A stretch of 64,000 nt of DNA, taken from the NCBI GenBank assembly GCA_004431415.1, contig QPMI01000435.1, positions 1 to 64,000 on the forward strand. Direction: 5' to 3'. Numbering within the stretch: position 1 is the first letter of the stretch; each line of letters starts with the position of its first letter. The position numbers were made by a program, and so were the translations under genes. The notes below the pieces were generated by a model. The model saw only the letters and a list, made by a program, of their open reading frames with translations. It searched no databases and was not told the DNA's origin. This document shows, one piece after another, positions 1 through 12,173 of the stretch. The stretch is from Cyanophora paradoxa CCMP329 (lineage: Eukaryota > Plantae > Glaucophyta).

Positions 1-75
1 ATTAAGCTCCTCCGCATACCATACCATGAAACTGATATTAAAGGTTGCATTGAGCGCTTCCTCTCATCGCTCTAA
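1..75 (+). CDS. C-terminus of a probable DUF559/PD-(D/E)XK-like endonuclease (partial)
   Basis: Frame 1 reads IKLLRIPYHETDIKGCIERFLSSL*, matching the I.LLRIPY.E tail typical of viral DUF559-like nucleases. Confidence 0.5.
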   Translation: MKLLRIPYHETDIKGCIERFLSSL

Positions 76-120
76 TTACCACAGTCAGTCTTATTTTTCT
101 ATTGTTTTTATAGTGAAAGA

Positions 121-987
121 ATGCAAAAAGGGACGACGCCCATGGATCTCGAAGAATGGAACCCGAAACAGAGGGTGAAACTTCCCGCACGATTTCTCCT
201 ATTGGCGAAAACCAATTGTGGTAAATCGGTTTTCTTAAAGTGGCTGATCAAAGAACTCGAAGATCAGATCTCGTATGTTCTGGTTTTCTGTCCTACGAGT
301 TTCAACGGTTTCTGGGGACAAATTACAGACGAAGTGCATGACACCTGGAAACCGGAATATGTAGAGTCGATCATAGAAGCCCGCAAAAAAGCCATCATCG
401 CGGGTAAGAAACCAAAGAATATTCTCATCGTACTCGACGATTGTTTGGAGTCCGGAACTATCGATCTTTCGCGCGATCATTTGCTAAATAAATTGATGGC
501 GCAAGGTCGTCATACGTTTTGTTCCGTGGCGCTAATATCGCAGAAACTAACAAAGCTTTCAACGATCATTCGCAGCAATGCGGAGTATATCATATTCCTC
601 AGCTGGTCAAACATGCGAGAGTTTGAAGCATATCACGAAGAGTTCGGGAACATGGATAAAGAGAGTTTCAAGCGCATGTTCCAAGAATTCTGTCATAGCT
701 ACCAAGCGATCATTCACGATAATACCGGGTATTCTGTGCGATGGTGGGTCGAAAAAGCCGATATGATCGATGACCATCCGTTTACTAAATTCCACAAGCG
801 GGCGGCTTTTGAAGAAAAGAAGCGCAAACAACAAGAAGAGCAAGCAACAAAACCGCCGCCTGTCAAAGATTCGACAACTGTATGCAAAACTTTATCCAAA
901 TTTGAGCGTGAGCTTGAAGGTATCCCCAAACTTTCCCAAATTTCGCCTAAGAAAAAGAAAATGTTAATCAAATGTAAGAGAAGATAA
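121..987 (+). CDS. A32/FtsK-HerA-like DNA packaging ATPase
   Basis: Walker A variant AKTNCGKS, Walker B IVLDD, GRH and SQ motifs; homologous to 28869 and 43344 genes. Confidence 0.9.
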   Translation: MQKGTTPMDLEEWNPKQRVKLPARFLLLAKTNCGKSVFLKWLIKELEDQISYVLVFCPTSFNGFWGQITDEVHDTWKPEYVESIIEARKKAIIAGKKPKNILIVLDDCLESGTIDLSRDHLLNKLMAQGRHTFCSVALISQKLTKLSTIIRSNAEYIIFLSWSNMREFEAYHEEFGNMDKESFKRMFQEFCHSYQAIIHDNTGYSVRWWVEKADMIDDHPFTKFHKRAAFEEKKRKQQEEQATKPPPVKDSTTVCKTLSKFERELEGIPKLSQISPKKKKMLIKCKRR

Positions 988-989
988 TC

Positions 990-1673
990 ATGGTCTACCG
1001 AAAGAAGCCTCAAACCCTACAAGCGGTCGCCTCTGGTAACCCAAATCGCGGACTTGAAGAGTCTGGATTAACGTCGGGTGGCGGTCTCGAAATGCCCGAA
1101 TATCTTATAGACACTTCGCCAGAAGAGGTCGCCAAGCAAGAGGCGATTATTGCGAGTGCCACCGCGGACAAGGGAAACCAAGATAGCGGTAAACGCCAAA
1201 TGGAGGATTTAGCTACTGTAAAACCACAGATTGGAGGCGGCTCCATCGATGAAGCAACCGACAAAGTACTAAAAGCGCAAGTTGTCGCAAGCCAGCACAA
1301 AACGCAAGACGTCCCAAAAGCCGCCGAAACTGAGCTTAAAAAGCGCGGATCCTATCAAAAACACACGGTTCCTGTCGACGTTGTCATGAGCTTTGAAGAG
1401 AAAGTGCGAGACCTTGAAATGAAAGTGTCAAACTACGAGAAATGGATGCAAGATTATAACGAACGCAAGAAATTAAAGGGGCTCGTGAAGAAAGAGATCT
1501 CCAAACTCGGATTAAAGCAAAAAGTCGACGTAGAGGAGATTAAAAAGGAGGAAAAAACAGATGCACAAGCCGTAACTCGTCAGCAATCGGTTGCCCCGCA
1601 ATATGCACATATAGTGCCGACAGCACCAGCGAATTTCGCGGCAATGCTCGGTGGTAAACGCCATATCCGCTAA
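990..1673 (+). CDS. Conserved coiled-coil/disordered protein downstream of ATPase (possible core protein)
   Basis: KVRDLE coiled coil and GG.R.IR C-terminus shared with 29619 gene; coiled coil also in 44155 gene. Confidence 0.7.
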   Translation: MVYRKKPQTLQAVASGNPNRGLEESGLTSGGGLEMPEYLIDTSPEEVAKQEAIIASATADKGNQDSGKRQMEDLATVKPQIGGGSIDEATDKVLKAQVVASQHKTQDVPKAAETELKKRGSYQKHTVPVDVVMSFEEKVRDLEMKVSNYEKWMQDYNERKKLKGLVKKEISKLGLKQKVDVEEIKKEEKTDAQAVTRQQSVAPQYAHIVPTAPANFAAMLGGKRHIR

Positions 1674-1870
1674 TGGCTGTGAATATCCGCAAGGCAAAGC
1701 TGAACCCGCCCGTATTTAGAGCGGGTCTTTATGTGGACTCCCTTGCAATAGGGACAGGTCGGCTCGGTAAACAACATGATAAGGTCGACTAAATCATAAG
1801 GAAACACGAGCAAGTAACAGCCTCATTTCCTGTTACCATAGGATTATTTTATTGCGACTCTTTATAGAAG

Positions 1871-2266
1871 ATGAACTTTATCAGTCAGTGCATTGAAATG
1901 TTTCAGCTTCATGTAGTGTCTAATTGCCACAGCCCTTGCTGTGACACGACCGTAGAAATTGAAATATCGGATGGCGAAGACAATGGGGGTCGTCGCTTAT
2001 CTGTTATTTCGAACACTGACACGAACGCCCCGCCAAGATCGCGAAGGGGGTCGCCTGTGCCCGCGGCTATGAGTTCCAATATCGAATCCGCTCAGATAGA
2101 GGACGTAAACGTAGAGTATATTAGAAGGCGCTCATGTCCTGAGATATTGGGTGGGCATTTTCGCGCTGATTCCCCTTATCCGATGCTCACCCTCGATGGA
2201 ATGGCTTCGGGCAACGATGGAAATTACGAATACGTGGAGCCGCAACCTGTCTGGAACGATTATTAA
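1871..2266 (+). CDS. Small Cys-motif protein (SNCHSPCCDT), conserved in all three elements
   Basis: N-terminal ~35 aa align with 15747-16073 and 44917-45150. Confidence 0.75.
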   Translation: MNFISQCIEMFQLHVVSNCHSPCCDTTVEIEISDGEDNGGRRLSVISNTDTNAPPRSRRGSPVPAAMSSNIESAQIEDVNVEYIRRRSCPEILGGHFRADSPYPMLTLDGMASGNDGNYEYVEPQPVWNDY

Positions 2267-2283
2267 AGATCGATCCGAGGGCA

Positions 2284-2291
2284 AAAATTGA
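2284..2291 (+). promoter_or_regulatory. AAAATTGA motif (Mimiviridae-type early promoter consensus)
   Basis: Exact octamer ~78 bp upstream of ATG 2369; also at 37042, 37196, 48436 and 53083 (minus). Confidence 0.4.
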
Positions 2292-2347
2292 AGGTTTCGG
2301 TAAAAGGTATTTAAGGGCAAGAGAAATAATACAGAGTGACAAAAAAC

Positions 2348-2360
2348 TATTTTCTCCGGT
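2348..2360 (+). promoter_or_regulatory. Conserved TATTTTCTCCGGT upstream motif
   Basis: Same motif at 7810-7826 and 13565-13581; variants at 45315, 45730 and 35831 (minus), each shortly upstream of an ATG. Confidence 0.6.
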
Positions 2361-2368
2361 TATAGTAA

Positions 2369-2781
2369 ATGGCGAAACCCAAGATTTCAAACCAAGAGGC
2401 GATGGCGGCACAGCAGGAAAAGCGCAGACCCGGGCGACCGAAAAAGGTGATTTCAGAAGAGGAGAAGGCGGAGAGATTAAGACTAAACGCGAAAAAGACG
2501 CCGAGCGGCAGCGAAACAAGCATCAGAGACAGAAACAGGAGCGATTAGCCGCCGGAGAGGCTACTATATTCACACCGGAACAGCTACAAAAGATTGCAAT
2601 TCGTAAACAGCAGCGATACCAAGACGATGAAGAGTATCGGGAGAAAATCCGAGAGAAGGCACGTGAATACCAACGAAGGAAAAGAGCGGAACGCAAGCTG
2701 AACCCACCCGCTAAACCTCAGCCGCAAAAGCCCGCTGGGAGACCCCGAAAGCATGTCGTCGAGAACGCGAAAAATTCGTAG
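2369..2781 (+). CDS. Basic AT-hook DNA-binding protein (one frameshift; not in ORF track)
   Basis: MAKPK...RRPGRPKK...RYQDDEEYREK...AGRPRKH* after restoring one A in an A-run; homologous to 30558 and 45352 genes. Confidence 0.7.
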
Positions 2782-2785
2782 CGAA

Positions 2786-2803
2786 AAGTACCGCACGATG
2801 CAA
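2786..2803 (+). repeat. Target-site duplication (left) of LINE insertion
   Basis: AAGTACCGCACGATGCAA, identical at 7685-7702. Confidence 0.92.
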
Positions 2804-5800
2804 GATAAAATCTCTTGCATTAGCACACAACACAACTACAATGAGTTTCACATCGCCCAATAAATCTCTCCGACTAGATACTATCGAGGACCGTCGTATG
2901 CTGTGCTTTAGAAAGTACAAAATGAACGAAAGGTTTGAAGGTTTCGTGTCTAGATATCTAGCTAAGGAGGTTTCTAACTAATACTAATGATGTGGAAGCT
3001 AGCTGTATCGATTTCTAAACCAACCTAAACTCCCGGCTACGAGGTCCTATCTCTACAAAAGACTCCCAATCATGGTATGTCCGCCGCCAGCGCTGCCCAA
3101 GGGCCTCGCCGCGCCGTGTGCCAGGCTCCTCGCCAGCCCCAGTAGATTGGGCTACTGGCCGCCTCCTGCGTCGCCTCCGCCGCCTCCATTTGTTGGTGTT
3201 GCGTCCTCCGGCCCGCCCCAGACCGCAATCCCCAGTGTCTCCTCTAGCGCGGGCGCGCCCTCTGTGTGCCCACGCCCCAAGCATACCTGTTCGTATGGTC
3301 GTATACTTGCATGGCCGCTGAAGCCCGGACCCAGCCGTAGTCGTCTGGCGGGCAGCTCAGGTGTGAGAGGGCTAGGGTTTCCCGCCTTGGTGGCGGGACT
3401 CGAGGGCACCGCACTCCCTGCAGCGTTCCCGCTGCCGGGGCTCCGATCCGCGCGCTTCCTGCGAGCGTTTGCCAGCCGTATCGTCAGGCGGCGCGTCGGC
3501 CTCGCGCCCGCGCGCCTCAGTGCGCTTCGCCTTGGCGCGACGTTCTTTCATGACCTTCGTGATCCCGCACGCTTCTCCCACTCCGCGTACGCCTGGCATC
3601 TGGCGGCCCACGTTTTATGGGCCTGCTCGCCTATGGCCGTCGTCAGCTTGCGCACGACCTGGGCAGCTTTCTTGGCGTCCGTGACGGTCTCGCGATCAAT
3701 ATCGGTGAGGCTGCCGGGGGCAGCCCCGTAGCACGCACATCTGCGCCTGCCGTTCAGCTGCCGTGAGCGTCGGGTCGTTTACTCTCGTGACTTCAGGGAG
3801 CTGGAGAGCGCGTGTGGCACTGACCGCTTCTGCGCGCCTTCGAGGGCCTCGCTGACCGTCGCTGCGATGCGTGCTTCCGCAGCGGTGCGCGCCTCCGTCG
3901 CCACCGCGCTGGGGCAGGTGAGGACGTGCTCCAGCGTCTCCTCGGGCCCAGTCACAAGCTGGGGCCGCCGTCGCCATCGATTTCCCGTGTGCTGCAGAGC
4001 GCACAGAGTCCTGCCGGGTTCACTTCGCTGTAGAGCTCGGGCGCGTCTCGCTTGCGGACGAGGGCGTCGCCACCGTACCCAAAACGAGTTTCATGTGCGT
4101 ACCCCGGAAGCAGTTTGCTCTCTCGGCTCACTCCGACTCGGCGGGCCCCATAGCCATCTGATCGTATACTGCGCCGTGATCCACTGGCAGCCGTAGCCAC
4201 TCCCCGGCCTTGAGCTGGTTCGCCCACGCGAAGTGCGTGTGGTGCGCGTGAAGCACAGCGGCGTGCCGCGAGGGTCGCCTTCGACTCGCCTGACTATCCC
4301 GGTCGGTCCCTCGATCGTCAGCACTGCCGGCATGCTGAACTCGGGCGGCAGGAGATGTTCTCGTCCAGTTCTCCTGTTCCAGGTGCGCGCTTGATCGGCC
4401 GCTCTGTCGGCGGCGTCGTTTAGCTCGTGCATATCCTCGTCGCTGTGCGCCTTGACCTTGATAACCGCAGCGGCCGCTTGCCGATCCCGTCCATCACCAG
4501 GCGCGGAACTTGGACCACGCGTACAGCTCAGCGCTGCACGTGTTCCGGATGTAGTCTCGCATGTGCATATCGTGCACATTCAGCACGACTTATCGAACCA
4601 CGTGCAGACGTTCTGACTGTCCGTGTGCAGGCGCACCCCTGCGCCGCGAGCACGTCGGCGACGATCGCAGCTGGAGCTCAGCCTTGTTGTTCTCTTGAAG
4701 CCCGCGCAGCCTGCCAACGTACGTGCCTGCCCATTCCGGGTGGTTCGCCACGGTCCCGTCCGGGAACTCAGCCGGGCTCACGACGCCGAGGCCCGCGTGC
4801 GCCCCTTCCGTTTGACCCTTCTTCAGGCTCCCGTCCGTCCATATCCACTGCTCGAGTTTCCCGGGCGACGGCCGAGCTTCGCGAGTTCCGCCTCTTCGAT
4901 CTGCTCCCAATTTGCCAGCATGTGCTGCCAGTAAACGGTGAGGGTGACCCCTTCCTGCGCCGCCCGGGAGTCCCAGTGGCGCGGCGCTCCGCCCGCGTAG
5001 TAGAGTTCGCTCTGCTCTGCTGAATCTGACACAGGTTGTGCCTCGTCCCGCGGCTCGGCGCCCGGCGTCGCCGCCGCAGCCACTTCCAGCGCGGCCTGCA
5101 GCTCAGCCTCGGCCTCCGGGCTCAGCTGTTCGCGGAGGAAGCGCTCGTCACCATCCTGTACGGCTTTCACGCGGGCCTGGAGAAGCAGCGCCCTGCGTTT
5201 CTCGTCGTCTTGCGTGCGCAGGCCCGGGTCGTAGTACTCCAAGGTCGGTCGCAGGGCGACCTGCTTGCGCCCGCGCTTCGACTTCGTCTCCTGACCCGCC
5301 GCTACCGCGGCGTCTCCTCCGTCGGTTCGCCTTCCAAGGCGAGGAGGGTATCCTCCTCCTCCACCAGCCCTTCCCGTGCGTCCACGAGCCGTCGCACTGA
5401 CTCATTTCGGGCAGCGCGATGGAGCATTGCGCGTGCACCGGTCGTCATGGTGCCAGTACTGCTTCCCTGTCCCCTGCACCGCCGTGTACGTGCTCGTCCG
5501 CCCTCTATTTCGGGGTGCCGGCAGTGACCGTCGCACCGGCAGTAGAGTCCCTCTTTCTCCGCGTCGGGGTCCGCGCCCTTCGGCACCGGCACCCAGTGCT
5601 CCAGCAGGTACTCCGACGCTAATATGCTGCCCGTCTCGGATTTGAACGTAACGACTCGCCCACGTGGGGCTCGCAGATTCATCGTGCAGTTGCTCCGCCT
5701 CAAATACGGCTACGAACGCGTCCTTTGCCCACTTCACCTTCCGGGCCCGCCAGGGAGCGAGGCCATGGCTGACGCGCGCTCTCCTGCCCGCCGCATCGGG

Positions 5801-7684
5801 TGCCGCAGCTGCTTCCCATCAACCGCGAGCGCGTTCGCTACCTCACGCCACCACGCAGGCTCGCTCTTCTGCAGCGTCCCCTTGGGCGCGCCCATGTACA
5901 GGTCCTGCCAGGTTCGCAGGGTCTCGCCGTCCGCTGCCGTCACCGCGTCCATGGTCGTCACGCCCGCCCCGTACAGGGCAGGGGCCGCGACGCTGAAGAC
6001 GGATCTTGGGATGTGCATTGCCACGACGTAGCGCCGGTCGAGGCGCTCCGGGTCAGGCCAAGGCTCCGCCCCGGGCAAGGTGCGGAACGCCGCATAGCGC
6101 GCGTGATTCGACATCAGCCGGTACTTACGGCGCTGCATTTGCGGCATGATCGCCGCCAGGGAGTTCCCGCGGGCGAGTTCGCTGGAGATGGGCGCGTTTA
6201 GGAACTCGGTCGGGAGCAGAGGCACCCAAGCTTCTCCTGCAGTGCGCGCACCCGGTGCCGTACCCCCGAGCCAGCAGCGAGCCCTCGGGCGCGCAGAGCC
6301 GGATCTGAGCCTCTGTGATTTGCGCCTCCGCTTGCAGGTGGGCTGTTCGTTTGAGGCTGTACCCCCGTGGCTCCAGATTGCGTAATTCGTCGTCGAGGCG
6401 GCGAGGTTCCCGTGGTGCTTGACGACCCTCATCCAAATACGATCGAGTTCCTGGCACTGACTCTCGCTCAGGGTCATGAGCTTCAGGCCGTACGAGATGC
6501 GGGCCTGCACTACGGCCTCGACAAGGTAGCAGGCCTCGTTCGCGGTGAGCTTCTTGCGTTCTATCAGCGCGACTGCGCCCGCGCCTGATCGCAGATGTAC
6601 TGCCACTGACGATCCCAGTTCAGGTTTGCGCTCATGTATACCCCGAGGAGCTTGAAGTGCTCTTGGGGCTGGCGGACAAGTCCGACGGGGTACCGTTGAT
6701 CTTCGGCGGGGAGGGCTGCTTCTCCTTCTTCTTCGCGGCGGGGTGGGCCCAGGTTTGCTCTCAACTTCGCGACGTGCGTTGTTCCACGTGAAGATCGTCT
6801 TCTTCGCGTTGACCTCGATATCGTGCAGGCGGAAGAACTCGCCGGCCACGTCGGCCTGGGCCTGTAGCCCCGCATGCTTCCGCTCATCCACTTCGTGTCA
6901 TCGGCGTACGCCACGCCGCTGACGCGGGCCGGCCCTCGCGTTCCGCAGCATCGGTCTCCCTCGGGTTCCCATCACGTACGCCGTGCCCGGCTCCTCCCAG
7001 CTCTCGGGGTGGGCATAGTGCTCTATCGTCTTTGCCGTCTTCTTTCCGTGCTGGCGCTCGTGCTGATCCAGGCGCTCTTGCGCGCAGAGGAGGGCATCGT
7101 AGAAGATCAGCCAGTGCAGCGGCGACTCGACACCGCCCTGCGGCAGCCCGCACTCGAGCTCGAACTCGTCGGAGAGGCCGTGACCGGAGATTGCCCGCGC
7201 CTGCGGCGCCGGAATATGTTCCTGTGGAGCTCGATGTACCCCTCGGGTACGTTCAGCCTCCGCATCGAGAGCTCCATGCTCTCCCACGAGACGGAGTCGT
7301 ACGCTCGCCTGATATCCTGCAGCAGGATGTACAGGGCTTCTTGAACTCCTTCGCGTCCTCGAGGACTGCGTTAAAGACGTGGAGGGCGTCGTCCGTCGAG
7401 CAACCAGGTCTGAAGCCGTAGTTGGCTCCTTTCAGGAGCCCGTTCTGATGGATTGTCCGGGACAGGCGCGCGTTCAGGAGGCCAGTGGTCAGCTTCAAGG
7501 CCACCTCCTGCAGGGTGATCGGTCGCAGGTTATTTTCGATATCCCGTCCCACTCCCGGCTCTTAGTAATGCCGAGAATGTTGCCCTGACACACGGCATCC
7601 GGCAGGTCCCGGAGGCGGATCGCTTCAGCCACCAGCGAGAGCAGCAGCTTCCGGCCCCAGTGTACGGGCTCCTCTTCCGTGGCC
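2804..7684 (-). mobile_element. 5'-truncated non-LTR retrotransposon (LINE) ORF2: RT + RNase H + CCHC knuckle, many frameshifts
   Basis: Abrupt GC-rich block between 18-bp direct repeats; RT motifs LRPITLQEV, YGFRPG, YDSV, GLPQGGVESP, AYADD; RNase H WTDGS...NNKAEL...KVKAHS...NDAAD; CALC...ETLEHVLTC. Confidence 0.92.
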
Positions 7685-7702
7685 AAGTACCGCACGATGC
7701 AA
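7685..7702 (+). repeat. Target-site duplication (right) of LINE insertion
   Basis: Identical to 2786-2803. Confidence 0.92.
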
Positions 7703-7848
7703 AAAATGATTAATTTTTTACCTCCCTTTTTATTCCCCGTATAGGTCAAAAAAGCACTTAAAGAATTGGCGACAAGGGTATGAAAAGGAGAATTTGGTAG
7801 ATTGCGCCGAAATTATTTTCTCCGGTTATTTTAAAAGAACTAATAGAG

Positions 7849-10800
7849 ATGCCGCGCGCAACCAACAGAATCGCTAACAATGTTCGGGACGAAATTATCG
7901 GATACATTATGCAGGGATTGAGTCAGGATTTGCTAACCGAAGAACAGGCGCATTGGGCGATGCACAACACAATGAATCGGAAGCCCAAGCTCCAAACGCT
8001 GATAGATATTCGGGATACTCTGAATGGAATCATTAATCCCGCGTTTTCCGCAGGCAGAGCGGAAAGAGAAGCGCGCCGCTCGCACCCAAGTAAATATAGA
8101 AAGCAAAAGCAAAAAGAACAAGAGGCTAAGCGTTTACAGCGTTTCGATCGCAAGCAAGAAAAGAAGCGGGCGAAAGAAGCGAAGCTTGAAGCGAAGCAAC
8201 AGAAAGGCAAACTAAAAGCGGTAGAGGATGCGATTAAACGCACTATTCTCGATCCAATCGCCCAATATGATCCGGAAACTCTCGCGACAGTTACGTTCAA
8301 GATGTGGGCACCTGGATCCGGTGCTCGGTCTTCGGAGGTAATTGTTATTCCGGAATTCCCGAATTAAATATACCAGACAGTTCCTTTGTCACCTACCGCA
8401 ATATAAGAGAGACAGTTTCGGTGAGTGTGTTGCGAAGCTTTGCTCTGGCGAAAATGGATAGAATGTCTCAAATTCTAATTAGACCGGGTCAAGTTCGTCA
8501 TGATTGGCATGAGAGCGAATCAATCTTCTATTTACTCAAAAACTACGATGAATTGGCAGTAGGACTTAAAACTTTCGGCGAAGCATACGAGGTGTTCTTC
8601 TTTAAGACACCACCAACCGAGGAACAGAAAAGACTACGCCTAATGTTTGATGATTTTGGCGGCAGTATCGATGATGCCTTTATAACTGTTCATGAGGTCG
8701 CGATCGATGGGGACGAAGGTGTCGAGGACGATGGAGCCGGTGCTATTCCTGGAAATCGCTATGAGTTCCTGGATGAGGAGCTAATGGACAGCATGCGATG
8801 CACCGCGATTATGAGCAAATTCACAGACTACACATTAAATCCAAACGCGTCTGAGTTCGAAGATGTTATTGAGCTTCCCAAATCATCGACATCTAACGCT
8901 TGCGGCTATGATATGATCATCTCCACATGGGGAGCGTCCATTAAAAGTGTCAGGAGGCGCCGAAACCGCGATATACTGACTTTACTATGTCATACGACGG
9001 TCTCTATAAATTCTTTCACGGTCGCGAACGCACACCTGGCGACTCTCTGGCTCTCACCTCCGCCATATTGAGAAATTCTGTCAGAGAATTCAGACAGGCT
9101 TCCGCGTCTTTGATGTCGACGGAAAGTTAATATACAAATTCGTGGCAGAATCGATTAACAAAAACATCTTTCCCCGCAATATTCACTTTATGATTCACAA
9201 CAAGCATATCTATATATTCAACGATAACATCAAGTCGCTCGAAATGCGCATGGCGAAGATGGAGGTCGAAGAGCTTGACTGTCATGTTCCCAAGTCGACC
9301 TCATCGTTAGCACTCTACAAAATTCCGACTTGTCTGACTCACGATATCTTTGCGCACACATCCAAGGATTTGTTAAAGATCACGCAATTAAAACTATCGC
9401 CCGACGAGCGCAGTTTCATCCGCATTCTTTATACTGGGCGCGAAGGTCTGGAAGGTCTTCTATTTACGTTCCTGAAAATGCGATATGAGCCCGCTGTGAA
9501 GCTAACACCATCGAAGCAGATCGACAGCATCACATTCAAAGCTAATGGCTCGATGTTCTCTATCAAAGACCCACGCACAACCGACACTTCATTGAGCAAG
9601 ATTTCGAAACAGAGGAGTATTATAATAAGGTCTGTGAAATCGGTAAGGGGTTCCGGGAGTCGCTTCTAAATCCGACGAATATCTCACATTACAGCCCGAA
9701 CATGCGCGAAATTCTCACGCACTACAAGCGATCCGCACTAAGCGGCTTTTTCTATAAGCCGAACCCGAAAGCCACCTACACAGCTGTCGATATGGCGAAG
9801 TGCTACCCTTCGATACTGAAAGGCATGCAATATCTTCCGAAATACAATGTGTTTGATGACTTCGTTCCCTTTAAAGCGGGAAGCGATATTCTCGAATACG
9901 CGATCTACTACGTGCGTGTCGTTGCGTTTGAGAGAGAGCAAGCGACTTTCGCCGACGATGAGGATGTAGATTATGATGCCGCCATGTCTCGCAAGATTGA
10001 TGGAATCGAAATTATTCTGGATCGCGCATTTTCCGTGAGTGGTCGTTGCTATAATTTCATGACAGGCTACACTCTCGCCATGCATTGGGCGGACGTAAAG
10101 GACAAGATAGAGATCATTGCGGTCGCGGAGCCTTCGCATTTGGTGCCCAATACGTCGATCGCTGAGATGAAGAAAGTACTTTCAAGTGACATTCAAACCA
10201 CGGACAAGAAACACATTTTAGTGAAAGAGATCGGAATGCTCGGCAAATTCCAAGACTTGCAAACGTCCACGAAAATGTTCTACAACCGTGCCGAAGCTGA
10301 GAGGTTCGCCAAAGAATGCGGAGGAACAGTGGAGGTGTTTACTTTCAATCCGAAGAATTCGAAACGTGTCAAAGCACTTAGCGAATTCGAAGGTCACATC
10401 TATTTTGTTAAGATCAGCTCTCACCGCGAGCTTGTTAACGGATTCCTTCCTATCCACTTTCAAATTTACGATCGCAACCGCGCTAATATGTTTGCGCAAT
10501 ACAAGCGCCTGACAGCGCGCGGGCACAAGGTTGCGGGATCAGAACGGACTGTCTATATATCGAAGGTTCATGGACGAGTAAAAAAGAGTTCGACCGAAAT
10601 GCGTTTGAGAACATGGGCAAATTCAGCTATATTCCGGGAAAAGATGCCCTGAAAACGCACTACGCCCGCCAAGGGGTGTAACTCTCGAATTTCAGGATCC
10701 CGATACGCTAATTAACCGGTTCTCGCTAAGGGATGAATTTAATCCTGAGTGCTTTAATCGGGTTGCGGAGCTTCATAATCGTATGCTTGTCCTTGCTGAC

Positions 10801-12165
10801 ATGCCCGGAAGTGGAAAGTCGACCCTCGGTATTAATTGCTTCGCCTCTCAGAAGTCGAATTGCTTAATTATCTGTCCCTATAACAAACAGTGCGCAGAGC
10901 TTAGGGACTCTCTCAAAGCCCGCGGCATTGAGAATATCGTCGTTCGTACTTTGTATAATGTTCTCGGGATCCGTGTCTCAAATGATCAGACCTACGAAGA
11001 GGCTATGAGCGAAAAAGATCAGAGGGCGTTCGTCTCTGAGTTCAGCCATATAATGTTCGACGAGATATTCGCGTATTCCGTAAAGGATCTCGCTAAGATC
11101 AAGACTTTCATAGACCGCTATCCGGATATCAAATATTTGGCTAATGGCGATACCTATCAAAACGAACCAATTAATGACGATCTCTCGGTTTCTGATCGCA
11201 AGGGCTACTATAAGCGCGCCGTGCAAAGCATGTTCCCTAACGTTCTGAGTCTACGCATTAACAAGCGGCACAAGAAGGAGACAGACCGTGAATTAATTCG
11301 GGCGATTAAAGAGGATCTCTTCGAAAACGGACTCGAAGCCGCTCAGATTATCTCGAAATATGGGTTGCCGACAATTAATGATCTAAGCGCTATTCCCGAC
11401 GGCTACTTTGGCATCGCTTACAGAAACGAAATGACCTTAGCCTATAACAAACTGATGCACGATAGACGAAAAGTAAATATCGCAACCGTAGAGGTCAATG
11501 GCATCAAATTCTACAAGGGTTTGGAAGTCGTTTGTCGCAGGTATATGCGCATTTCGCGATCCGAAGGCGAGTCTGTTAATGCATACACGAATTACACCTA
11601 CCGGATCACCAAAATCACTAAGCAAATGGTCACATTAACTGACGTTTTCGATGGCGTCACGTTCGAGGTTCCGTGTGCGATGTTAGAACATTTTTCTCTC
11701 CCTTATGCAGGAACAGGTCATTCAACGCAAGGTCTCACACTTGATTCGGGCATTGTCATTTGTGAGGCTACGTTCCGCTATACCACTCGCGAATGGTTCT
11801 ATACCGCGCTCACTCGTAACCGCGATCTGTCTACTGTGCTGATTTATACACCGATTCACAAGTTCCAAGGAAAGCACGACTATATTGAATATCTGAAAGT
11901 GAAGATCCGCGGCTATAAATGTCAGGATCAGCGTGCCGGGCGCGATTTCGACGAAGCGGATTATATTACGCCGGAGTGGATATTAGAGCGCAAGAAGCAA
12001 CAGAAGGGCGCCTGTGCGATCTGTTCCCTTCCTATTCCCACTGAGCCACAGGATCCGAATTACAAGCTCGTCGTGGATCGCATAAACAACAGGCGCCCAC
12101 ACCTTAAAGACAATTGTCAGCTCGTGCATCACGGGTGCAATTGCAGCAAAAATAAACAGGTTTAA
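7849..12165 (+). CDS. Probable single replication polyprotein split by frameshifts: TP-like N-terminus, Cys/His protease-like region, divergent family B polymerase, SF1 (Pif1/RecD-like) helicase, HNH-type endonuclease
   Basis: N-terminus resembles pPolB at 48740; AVDMAKCYPSIL (motif A); IRTDCLY in shifted frame near 10540 (motif C); DMPGSGKST, FDEIF, GD..Q, TGHSTQGLT, YTALTR; CAIC...DRINN...H...NC...CN. Confidence 0.72.
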
Positions 12166-12173
12166 TTAGAAGA

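Noticed and set aside
3015-7588. Many overlapping ORFs in the GC-rich block, especially on the + strand
   Set aside because: Shadow ORFs caused by high GC; only minus-strand fragments carry RT, RNase H and CCHC motifs
5734-7684. RT as a diversity-generating retroelement or retron acting on the fibre genes
   Set aside because: Motifs, RNase H, 5' truncation and TSD identify a LINE; I saw no template/variable repeat pair with adenine-specific differences
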